Under the pieces are notes generated by a model, which ran no database searches, was not told the origin of the DNA, and was given only the letters and a program-made list of their open reading frames with translations. Both the position numbers and the translations under genes were made by a program. A DNA stretch of 63,816 nucleotides, the filler included, from Hausera hauseri (lineage: Eukaryota): the NCBI GenBank assembly GCA_046269625.1. It is 9 parts of 9 records of this genome, joined end to end, with 100 filler letters (N's around TTAATTAATTAA, not from the genome) between each part and the next. Parts side by side here need not be neighbours in the genome. Positions count along the whole stretch, not along the records: positions 1 to 10,976 come from JBJURY010135539.1; 8 more parts are not named here. One strand, 5' to 3'. The first letter of the stretch is position 1. Each line of letters begins with the position of its first letter. Below, one piece after another: positions 1-11,076 of this stretch.

Positions 1-101
1 CTAACAATAATATCTCCATAGAACAAAAACTTAATCAGGTACGTGCTGAAAATATTGCACTTCATGCAACAATCAACAGTCTCAATACTAAAGTAAACGA
101 A

Positions 102-419
102 TTGTCTCTGTCCCGACGAGGGGAGTTTGTCCCTTACCGCGCCCGTTCTGCGTCTAGAAACCGCTCACCATCGCCTGCGCATTCGTCGATCTGCTATTAC
201 CACAGGAGATTTAACACTAATGCTCAGAAATGCTGCCTAGGGTGCAAATTTTATAACAAGAATTTTTCCTCGGACACCGTTGTTTGCATCTACCATGAAA
301 GGTTCAAAAACCAAGCTCGTAAATGTATTCCAGGCCTCACTTTTAAATCAAATACGAACGACGGACGTACTGCTTTTCCTTCTAATAGTCGTCCTAATTC
401 ACCCTTTCAAAAAAACTAA
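102..419 (+). pseudogene. gag: Gag C-terminus with two tandem C-X2-H-X9-C-X3-C zinc fingers (second one degenerate)
   Basis: CYYHRRFNTNAQKCCLGC and CIYHERFKNQARKCIPG after an RS-rich stretch. Confidence 0.85.
410..419 (+). promoter_or_regulatory. -1 ribosomal frameshift site (A AAA AAC TAA) between gag and pol
   Basis: Slippery heptamer directly before the gag stop; the -1 frame is open into the protease motif (…PVDFLNDTGAAISLLP); same AAAAAACTAA at 63409-63418. Confidence 0.7.
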
Positions 420-3400
420 ATTCGCCGCCAGAAGTCACGGCAAACTCTGGCAAAGGAACTACTTCACATTCTGAACGCCGACATGTCTCTTTTGCTGTCA
501 TTACTCTAAAGGCGGCAATCACTGCTTCTACAACGCAACCTGTTGACTTTCTCAACGATACAGGTGCAGCGATTTCTTTATTACCACAAACCTTTCCTCC
601 ACAAAATTCTCGTTTCAAAATCTAGCTTTTATACACTGCTTCTGGCCAACCGCTGCACATTTCTGGCATGGCTAAATTAACTTTCACATTACCAAATTTT
701 CCTTCACCTTTCCACTGGCCGTTCACAGTCGCTAACGTCCAGACGGCAACTCTAGGATCCGACTTCCTCTCACACTATAATTTACTGATTGACTGCAGTC
801 AGCAATGTTTGAGGAACGGCACCATAGGCGACATCTTTGAGCATGTCAATAGCATTTAGGCTACCGCGCAGTCTACTGGGAAGTGAAGGTCAATCTTAAA
901 AAAGCCAATAAATATTCTATTTTTTATAACAATAATTCCATTCGTAAATTTTTAAATAATAATACTGATATACGATCGAGTTTCGATGTCGATAATTGTG
1001 GTACTGCCACCAACTTAATTTATTCGACGAAAATACTTTATCCAACACCATGTTCAATTCGACCATCTTACATCAAATACCACTTGACAGCATATCACCT
1101 AACAACTCACAAATAGCATCCACTACTACTCAAGCCGTTTCACCACTTCCATCAAATCTCTCACAGTTATCTACAACTTTACAGCAATTTGTCAACACAT
1201 CATGTCCACGCGTACTTAAAAAAGACCATACGTTTACTCCCGCAAACAGCACTTTACACCACATAGTCACACAGCATCAACGTCCAATACGCCAAAAGGT
1301 ACGGCCTCTGTCACCTCGTCGTAGACAGGCCGTAGAAGCCGATTTTCTTGAACTAGAACGTTCCGGCATAGTACGCCGTTCCAAATCTCCTTGGTTATCA
1401 CCTTTACACGTTGTACAAAAAGGACGGTACTTTTAGACCATGCGGTGACTACCGACAGCTGAACGACTTGACTGTTATGGACGCGTACCCTTTACCACTC
1501 ATCAAGGATATCTTGCATCGTCTTAATTCAATCACCATCTATTCAACCATTGATTTAGCTAAAGCATACCATCAAATACCGGTAGCACCCGAAGACATAG
1601 AAAAAACCGCAGTAACTACTCTTTTTGGTCTATATGAATACCTGTTTATGCCATTCGGTTTGCGGAATGCCGCACAAACTTTTCGGCGTCACATCGATTC
1701 AATTCTTTCGGATTTCCCGTTTGCACACCATTATATTGATGATATTCTAGTTGTTTCATCTTCGGCCAAACAACACCAGGAATACCTTCGCGCAATATTC
1801 CACCGCATTAATCGCCATAATCTTCAAGTCAGTTTTGACAAATGTCATTTATTTAAGAAGCGCATTAACTTTTTAAGCCACGTTATTACATCAGACAGTC
1901 ATTCGCCCCAATCACACTGAGTCAAAGCTCTTAAAAACATCCAGTTGTCACGTACAACCACCGAAATTCGTAGCTTCCTTGCTACACTACACTTTGTACA
2001 TAAACATGTACCATATTGCTCCGAATTTACAGCACCATTCGCACACCTAAGCAACGGCAAAAAACATCAGTTAATCCAGTGGACACCTGAATTGGTTGAC
2101 AAATTTGATAAGCTACGCGAAAGAATCAAAACCGTCGATATTCTAGCTTTCCCCAAGCCTAAAACCCTTACTTAACTCATCCTTACTATAGACGCATCAA
2201 CCACTGCAGTAGGCGCTGTACTCAACCACATCTACAAGATAGAAAATCAACCACTAGAATTTTTCTCTCGCAAGCTAACAGCACCTGAAACCAGATATTC
2301 CACGTTCGATCGACAACTATTGGCCATCGTTCTTGCTTTAAAGCACTTCTCCCACCTACTTGTCGCTCGTCATTTCACTATACAAACCGGTCACAAACCC
2401 TTACTTAACATCATGGCCATGAAACACACTTCTAAACGCCAAGAACAACAAATATCATAATTATCGACATTTAACTTCGATATTAAACATATTAACGGGG
2501 TTAACAATTTAGTCGCTGATTTTTTATCTAGGACGGTTAGTTCGATTAATTTTTCACCGATCTTTACGCAAGATCAACTTCAACAGAACCAGCCACCTCA
2601 GGACATGCTTAATTCTTTCAAGTCTTGCACAATCGTTGACCGCGTGGCTTTAGATACTCCCAAACCAGGTCATTCCTTAATAATTCTTACACCATAATTG
2701 CAAAGGCAAGCATTCAACAGTGTACATTTGCTAAACCATCCTGATGCTAAAGCCACATTTCGTTTACTCCACCGACAAGTAGTTTGGCCGTCAATGTGTT
2801 CTGATGTGCAGGCATGGGTTAAGGAATGTGTGGCTTGCCAAAAATACAAAACAATTAAGCATTTAAAGCCACCACTATTCCATTTCCCCTGCACATCGCG
2901 TTTTGAATCCGTGCATATTGACATCGTCGGCCCTCTTCCTCTAGACAACTGTCATTAATTAATTCTCACCATGATGGACCGTTTCTCGCGATGGACAGAA
3001 GCCATCCCTCTGCGGAGCAGAAACACCGACACCATAGTTGACGTTTTCATTCGTACATGAGTTAGCGGGTTTGGATCAACTGGCTTCATCATCACGAACC
3101 AGGGTCCACAGTTTAAATCCAACCTGTTTAAATCCCTTGTTAACCGATTAGGGATCCATCACATACATACTACGTCTTATCACTCCCAATCGAATGGCCT
3201 TCAAGAAAGTTCCCACCGCACATTGAAAACGTCTCTAAGAATTCTTGCAGAGTCCAACACATAGTTGGACGAATTTTTTTCCGTTTGTTTTGCTCGGCTG
3301 GCGGAACACTCCGTCCACTTTTACGGGATGCTCACCTACTGAAGCCTTATTCAGAGCTCCTATACGATCACTATTCGAACTAACTGCCCTAGACGACACT

Positions 3401-4212
3401 CCGACAGACGAAATAATACGGGCGGCACAAAGTCATTTCGTTACGGTCAGCAAAGATTCGTTCTGCAGGTTATGTCGTAAAGACAAAACATATTTACCCG
3501 AAGATTTGTATTCGGCAAAATTCGTAAGGCTAAAAAATCAGATTTCGCGCGGTTTTCAGCCGCGGTATCTGGGACCCTATAAACTGACACAGCTGCATCC
3601 ACATAACGCTATTATTTCTAAAGACGTCAAAGAAATCACAGTGCATATCATCAACTTAAAGCCCCCTTCTTTGTCGACGACATTACACGAATCGACACGT
3701 CAACCTCTTTTCTAACTCCTGCACTCCCTGCTATTCCTATATCTATTGCTACACCTGTTCCACCTCCTCTTTGTCCTCCTAATTCCGCTTCATCATTTTA
3801 CACACCTTCTACCCCTATCACTCTTCCTATCTCTACCACTCCCTCTGTTTCATTTTCTACTTCTACTCTTTCGCCCAATACAATTCAACTTTCTACTCCA
3901 ACTTCCGTCTTTCCTTCATCCACCACTACATCTCTTGTCAGCCCTTTGTCTTCTAACACTCTTTTGAATACCTTTAACCATCCGTCTCCACCAGTCTCTC
4001 TTCCTTCTTCACCTTCTTCTTCTCTTCATCCGAACTCGTCTTTGCACGACACAACACTCACAACAAAATCTGACAATTTTTTTCCAAAACTCCATACTCC
4101 GCAAGCAAACACATCGCATACAAACAAAACACGCAGAGTCACATTTAACATGTATAGCAGGGAAAAATCAGTAGAAGGCACCCAACGTCTTGTTCACACT
4201 AAGACCAGCTGA
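410..4212 (+). pseudogene. pol: pol (PR-RT-RH-IN plus Ser/Pro-rich tail), fragmented
   Basis: ORF pieces 668-859, 996-1436, 1411-1920, 1945-2175, 2698-2958, 3245-3715 and 3946-4212 lie in Gypsy domain order. Confidence 0.92.
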
Positions 4213-4277
4213 CACAGACACTTTTCGTTTAGTGATTTTTTCTTTCCGTCTATTTTGATCTTTATAGTTTTCACTTT

Positions 4278-4393
4278 GCCACGGGGGTGATGTGGTGCTC
4301 ACAGCGGCCGGTGCCCTTTGGCCCATTTGGTTGGACACAACCCGGTGTCCGCTATCGCCGCGTCGGATCAGTGGTCGGGTCCGACTCCCCGCT
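4278..4393 (+). repeat. PPT-like tract plus short GC-rich 3' terminal repeat of family A
   Basis: ACGGGGGTGA|TGTGGTGC…CTCCCCGCT; homologous to 45727-45817, with similarity ending after CCCCGCTT. Confidence 0.7.
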
Positions 4394-6880
4394 TTAAGAA
4401 TATAATCCGTCGAATTAGCTGAGAAGATTACCGAGTATATTGTTAATTCAATTACTCCAATAACCACCGATATTAACCCCTTCGGTAAACTGGCTACTGC
4501 TGTTCAATCTAGCAATTCACCAGGTGCAAACAATGCAGTCAGTAAAAGGACCAATGGTATGCAACCTTTCACAAATATGTTGAAGGCGTCTGCTCCATTT
4601 TCATCCCGCCATATATTCAGTCTAACAACGAGCAATTTATTTCAATTATCCGTGATGCCAAGGGAGCTAGAAGAAGTAATTGGAATGAATGCCGTCATAA
4701 ATCTTGCCAAAGAAATTACAAATTGACTAGAGATACAATATCCAAAATATTTCAATCTAATTATGAAGCAGATTTTTGGGAAAATATTTTATTTAATGCC
4801 AACTTCGGCAAATTCGACATTAACAGTCTAGGTAGATGTAATAAAAATCAAAAAGAAATCGGAAAACTTTTATGTATTCAACGTCCGGACACTGATAAAG
4901 GATTAGCATCTGACGGGTAACAAACAAGGAATTACGGATAGTGATAAAAATAAAGAAAAAAGCAATTCTGATGAGTACTCAGATTCTCAACAAGATGACT
5001 TATTTAACTATGTTGTTGAACCATTAACAATGAATTTTGAATCACCCAATAGTTTTTTGTCAATAATTTATCCCAAGTGCCATTCGGATCAACGGCTTTT
5101 TCAGACATTAATTGTGACTCTGGTCCATGATTATCTATTGATTCAGATTAATTTTTGCAAATTTAAGATTTTGATCAAAGTTCGTCAATTTTGAAATTCA
5201 GTACCGCAAAGAGTACTTTGAGCTGCAATGCAGAATCCAAGGAAATGACTTACACAGATAGCGACGTCATACTAAAAGCTCGTCAAAAACGTATAGTCGT
5301 AATTCATGCATTTTGAAAGATAATAGCAATCCTGGCCCACTAAAGCTGGATTCGTGTATCAGTAAATCAGATCGGATTTACCGATCCTTTCTTTTAAGTG
5401 TTATTGGTTGTGACACAATTTTGTTTAAATAATATAGAATTATCTTTTGCAGTGTTCAGTTTGAATTATTTTCACCATCTTGATTTTAATTTAAATTTTC
5501 TAAAATTTGTTCGTCATTAATTGGTGTTGTTAGACTTACAATATTAAATCTATTTATTTATATTAGTGGATTTATTTGTGTTCCATTTATACATATTTCT
5601 TTTTTACATCTGTCTGGTGCAGTTCAACTCAACATTTTAGTGGGCAAATTTAACTTCAAAAAGAAAGTTTTTGCTTGCGATAAGGAACAGAACAGACAAT
5701 GTCCTGGTGCGCCTATTCAGTTATAATGATAAATAATAAATGGTGTCAGAAGAATTTGTGGCACTCCGATATGGATATTTCCAAAAAGGTAATGCTGTTA
5801 TTTCCATCCGTTTCAAATTTTAAAAATTCTAATAATAATAACGGATACATGTTCTGCTCCGTTTTGCAAACGGGTATTGATAATCTGTACATCGATACCA
5901 ACTACTTTCTCGATACAACTAATAACAACCCTCCGCTAACTCTAACCAGATGGGCATTTGTTCCCTCCCAACCAGGTTTACTGACGGCCGCTTACGCACA
6001 CAACAACATACTGTTCTGCTTGGCTGTTGGGCCGGACGGATTTGCCTATCGGGTAGCGGAGAGGCACGGTGGTGCTGGGCCAGTATCACTTGACATGTTT
6101 GACATATCGGTAGCTAGTCTTACCAAAGTTACGGATGCTATCACCTTTCCATAGCGCACAATCAATGACGGAGGTAGTAGCACTTCTACAGTATCTATGA
6201 TCGCTACTTCTGATGGGTTGTACTGGCTACGCGACTCATTCAGAAATTCATATTTACATCATTGTTTGGATCGCGCACCTGTGTTTTAACATATTAACGA
6301 TGGTCCAACAACAACCATTGAGGGTCAACAAAAACAGCACAAGACTCAGGATAGCGTTTTTCTTGATGATGCATTATGTGATCATATTCCCGTTAATTTT
6401 TTTGGAGCACTGTGAACAGACGAACGACGTTTCATTCAGTGGAGATCGGCTGTTGGAATTGTACTCACAGGATGTACTTAATAGTCGTACGACCAATCAG
6501 AAACAGAGTATCACAGTTGTTTGCAAAAAGCCAGTAGCAATAGTCATTAGCAACCGGCGACTGGACTCAGTAATCGTTGTGTACGTATCGGTATCAATTC
6601 TGCTGATTCCAGTAAGGTGCTGAGATATGTTGAGGTATACAGCAGGAAGGCACACATGCCTAATGGATTAACAAAGAGCTGCATTGTTGACAATGGTTTA
6701 TACAAATCAGAAATAGCCCATAACGAAACGTCGCTCACTATCCATGTGGCTACAGTAGGAACACTAACGATATAATCGTTGTCGACTTCAAACAAGCTAA
6801 CAAACAAACGCTACTCAGAGGCAAAGATTTATTTGCTCCGTGCAAACAAAAACCAAGGAAGCCCCCGTCTAATCTGAGAA

Positions 6881-7800
6881 ATGGTTCTAATACGGGTCGT
6901 TTGTGGAAGGGTGGTATTTGGACAAATGTTGAGGATGAAGTTTTTAAATCGACCATCATGAAATACGACACAAATCAGTGGGCCAGAGTGGCCTTATGGT
7001 TACATCATAAATCCGCATAACAGTGCAAATCCCGATGGTACGAATGGTTATCACCGACAGTAAGAAAGGCCGAATGGACGCAAGATGAAAATAAAAAACT
7101 GTTACATTTAGGAAAGGTCTTGCCGATGCAATGGCGAACTATATCAGGTATAATTGGACGTACAGCATCACAATGCGTACAGCAGTACAATTTACTGATC
7201 GATAAAAGTCGTGCTGATAAAGAAGGAATTACGGACATAGATAATATATGGCAAGATGATACCGATATTAGACCAGAGAGTAGACCAGCCAAACCTGATC
7301 CAGTTGACATGGCAGAAAATGACATTGATATGTTAAATGAAGCACGTGATAGGCTGACAAATACACAAGAAAAAGAGGCCAAACGTAAAGGACGAGGAAG
7401 GCAGCTGATAATGGCAAGGAGATTGGCGGCTGTACAGGAAAAACGTGAATTTGCAAGTGAGAATAATCGGAAAACCGATAAACAACAAGAAGAAACCTGG
7501 TATAAACTACAGCGATGAAATTCCATTTTACCAGGCAATTCCATGCGGATTCCACGACACATCCAACGAAGTTTATTAGCCAGTTGAATCGGCTATTGGT
7601 AAAAAAGTGAGCGAATTAGAGTTTGAAAATCGAGAACAACGTGAAAAGCGGGAACGTGTGAAAGACGTAGAATTAAAATGCAAACGAAAAGAAGAGAATC
7701 TCCCAGAAGTACTAAAAAATTCAACGACAAATTCCTCACAACTTAAAAGAACAAAACTCGTTCTACCAGACACGAAAGTGTCTGATGAAGTAATATTTCA
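6881..7800 (+). pseudogene. CDC5L: CDC5L/Cef1 Myb-domain splicing factor, N-terminal part, disrupted
   Basis: KGGIWTNVEDEV…QCKSRWYEWLSP…EWTQDENKKLLHL…QWRTI…GRTASQC…PESRPAKPDPVDM…LNEARDRLTNTQ…KRTKLVLP; in-frame TAA at 7018-7020; truncated by a retroelement at ~7801. Confidence 0.93.
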
Positions 7801-10800
7801 TGTGGGGAACTGGGTCACCCCGAAGTTTGGGATTCGCCGCGGCGAGTCTGAAGTCCCGGCCGCCCACCCTATACCACTGGGTCAGGTGGCACCGTTCGCT
7901 GACGCCCCACGACACGCCCCTGGCTACACGACCTCTCAGTATTCCCTCTTCTTTTTTTTAAATAATAAACATATTTACGCAATTGCATTAACACATTTAA
8001 CACTGCGGTTATCTACAACGTCATCTCCACTTTTCTTCACTCATCTGACTTTTATATCACACACAATGGATCTGCAATACTCATCGCTGGAATCCTACAA
8101 TCTTCTTCAACTTATATCCGCCTCCAGATACACTTCCTCATCCGTGATGGCATGAATTCATCGCTCACCATAGACACCGCAGATAAAACCACCACGAAAC
8201 CAAAATCTATCATACTGCTTCAAAAACAATTCTGCTCCCACCAATAACACTTCACCTACTACCGCTTCCGCTCCTTTCCCTCACTGCACCGAATTCTTCA
8301 TTGACAACCAACGCTCCAGCACAACTTGGTTGCAATTCTATCAACTGTGGCTACAGGCAAACAATATCACCGATTCCTTAACCAAGGCACACAATCTACT
8401 CTTCTTACTCCCTAACAATATCAAAACACGAATTCACAACATCCTTGCAATACCTGAACTTCCTGATCCATATTCACAACTTTCCAAAGCCGTTCTTAAG
8501 ATCACGGAACCTTCCATGGACACGATTATACAATGCTTCTTCCTCGACAATGCTATAGGCACACAACGACCATCAGAATTTTCACGCACTTCTTTGGTAC
8601 ATCTGCACACTCTCGGCGTCACTAAAGAATACAATCCCGAACTACTGCGCCACTACTTTCTCAACGCCTTACCCATTTAAATTCGAACTCTACTTACCGT
8701 GGTGGAGGACTCCACGGCTCTTGAAAAATTGGCCAAATTAGCCGATAAAATACATGATGTCCTACACTTAAATTCCCCACCGCTCCTACAACGCAATCCA
8801 TTAATTTCCTTGTTGATACAGGTGCAGTGATTTCCTTATTACCACAATCTTTCACTGTACAAAATTCACCACTCAGAATTAAACTCTTATACACCGCTTC
8901 AGGTCAACTGCTGCACATTTTTGGCACCGCTAAATTATCTTCCATCTTAGCAAAATTTCCTTCACTTTTTCACAGGATGTTCACAGTTGCTAACGTCCAG
9001 ACGGCAATTCTAAGGTCAGGTTTTCTATCACATTATAATTTATTGGTTGACTGCAGTCAACGATGTTTGAGGAGTGCAATCAATGACAGCATTGCTGAGC
9101 ATGTCAATAGCATTTCGAATACTGTGCAGTCGATCGAGATACGCAGGTCAATTTTGGGAAAATCAATAAATAATTCGAATTTCCATAACAATAAATCAAT
9201 TTGTAAATTTTTAAATAATAATACTGATATTCGATCGAGGTTCTATGTCGACAATTGTGGTACTGTCACCAATGTTCATTCACTTGACGAAATAACTTCA
9301 TCCAACACCATTTTTAATTTGACTATCTTACATCAAATACCACTTGACTGCACATCACAAAACAATTCACAAATTGAATCCGCTACTACTCAACCTCTTT
9401 CACCATCATCATCGAATTTATAACAGTTGCTTACAACTTTACAGCAATTCATTACCACATCATGTCCACGCGTACTTAAAAAAATCGTTCGTTTACCCCT
9501 ACAAATAGCACTGTACATCACATAATTACACAGCATCAACGACCAATACGCCAAAAGGTACGACCACTGTCACCTCGTCGTAGACAGGCTGTAGAAGCTG
9601 AATTTCTTGAATTAGAACGCTCCGGAATTGTACGCCGTTCCAAATGTCCTTGGTCGTCACATTTACACGTTGTACAAAAAAGGACGGTACTTTTAGACCA
9701 TGCGGCGGACTACCGCCAGTTGAACAACTTAACAATCATGGATGCGTACCCCTTACCACTCATCAAGGATATCTTGCATTGCCTTAATTCAACTACCATT
9801 TATTCGACCATCGATTTGGCCAAAGCATACCACCGAATACCGGTGGCACCCGAAGACATAGAAAAAACTGCTGTCACTACTCCTTTTAGCCTCTACGAGT
9901 ACCTGTTTATGCCTTTCGGTTTGCAAAATGCCGCACAGACCTTTCAGCGATATATTAATTTGATTCTCTCAGATTTCCCGTTTGTGCACCCTTACATTGA
10001 TGATATTCTGATCGTTTTGTCTTCAGCCAAATAACACGAGGAATACATTCATGCAATATTCCAACGCATTAACCACCACAATCTCTAAGTCACTTTCGAC
10101 AAATGCTACTTGTTTAAAAAGCGCATCAACTTTTTGGGCCACGTTATTTTACCAGACGGAGACTCTCCTCAGCCAGACTGAGTTGAGGCCCTTAAAATAT
10201 CCAGTTACCACGTACGACCACCGAAATGCGCAGCTTCCTTTGTACACTGCACTTTGTACATAAATATGTACCATATTGCTCAGAGTTGACAGCACCATTT
10301 GCAAATTTAAGCGGTGGCAAAAACATTAGCCAATCCAGTGGACACCTGACTTGGTAGATAAACTTTATAAATTACGCGAAGGAATCAAGACCGTCGACAT
10401 TCTCGCTTTCCCCAAGCCTGATGCGGAACTCATCCTTACCATTGGGTTAATAATTTATTTGTCGATTTTTTATCTAGGTCGGTTGGTTCGATTCATTTTT
10501 CACCGACTTTTACGCAAGCTCAAATTTAACAAAACCAGCCACCTCAAGACATGTTTAATTCTTTCAAGTCTTGCACAGTGGTTGACGGAGTAGCTTTAGA
10601 CACTTACAAACCAGGTCATTCCTTAATAATTCTCGCGCCATCATTGCAAAGGCAAGCATTTAATAGCCATCCCTCTGCGGAGCACAAACACAGACACTAT
10701 AGCTGACGTTTTCATTCCTACATGGATTAGCAAGTTTGGATAACCTCGTTTCATCATCACGGACCAGGGTCCACAGTTTGAATCCAACCTGTTCAAATCC

Positions 10801-10976
10801 CTTGTTACCCGATTAGTGATCCATGACATACATACTACGCCTTACCATCCCCAATCGAATGGCCTCCTAGAACGCTTGTACCGAACATTGAAAACGTCTC
10901 TAAGAATCCTTGCAGAGTCCAACACTAGTTGGACGAATCTTCTTCCGTTTGTTCTGCTTGGCTGGCGGAACACTCC
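7801..10976 (+). mobile_element. Gypsy family A copy 2 (5' terminus present, internal deletions, cut by contig end)
   Basis: Starts TGTGGGG where CDC5L homology stops; Ubl-Gag, LVDTGA protease, RT YIDD, integrase YHPQSNGLLER; clearly homologous to copy 1. Confidence 0.93.
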
Positions 10977-11076
10977 NNNNNNNNNNNNNNNNNNNNNNNN
11001 NNNNNNNNNNNNNNNNNNNNTTAATTAATTAANNNNNNNNNNNNNNNNNNNNNNNNNNNNNNNNNNNNNNNNNNNN
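10977..11076. other. Artificial contig linker N44-TTAATTAATTAA-N44 (also 17817-17916, 24056-24155, 30703-30802, 36762-36861, 42315-42414, 47498-47597, 59484-59583)
   Basis: Eight identical 100-nt spacers with stops in all six frames. Confidence 0.99.

Larger units (their letters stand above)
1..4393 (+). mobile_element. Ty3/Gypsy retrotransposon, CsRn1/Kabuki-like family A, copy 1 (5' end outside window, decayed)
   Basis: Gag CHCC fingers, protease FLNDTGA, RT (RPCGDYRQLN, MPFGLRNAAQTF, YIDD), RNase H, integrase (HPDAKAT..CVAC, VHIDIVGPLP), purine tract 4281-4290; many stops and frameshifts. Confidence 0.95.

Noticed and set aside
5699-6800. ORFs 5699-6154 and 6213-6623 as a host gene
   Set aside because: Possibly a decayed gene, but I recognise no motif
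7607-8155. ORF reading from CDC5L into the retroelement as a fusion gene
   Set aside because: Chance open frame across the insertion junction; the upstream CDC5L is already broken
10977-11076. TTAATTAATTAA palindrome recurring eight times between N runs
   Set aside because: Artificial six-frame-stop linker; not a biological repeat or CRISPR array, and gene neighbourhoods across it are meaningless
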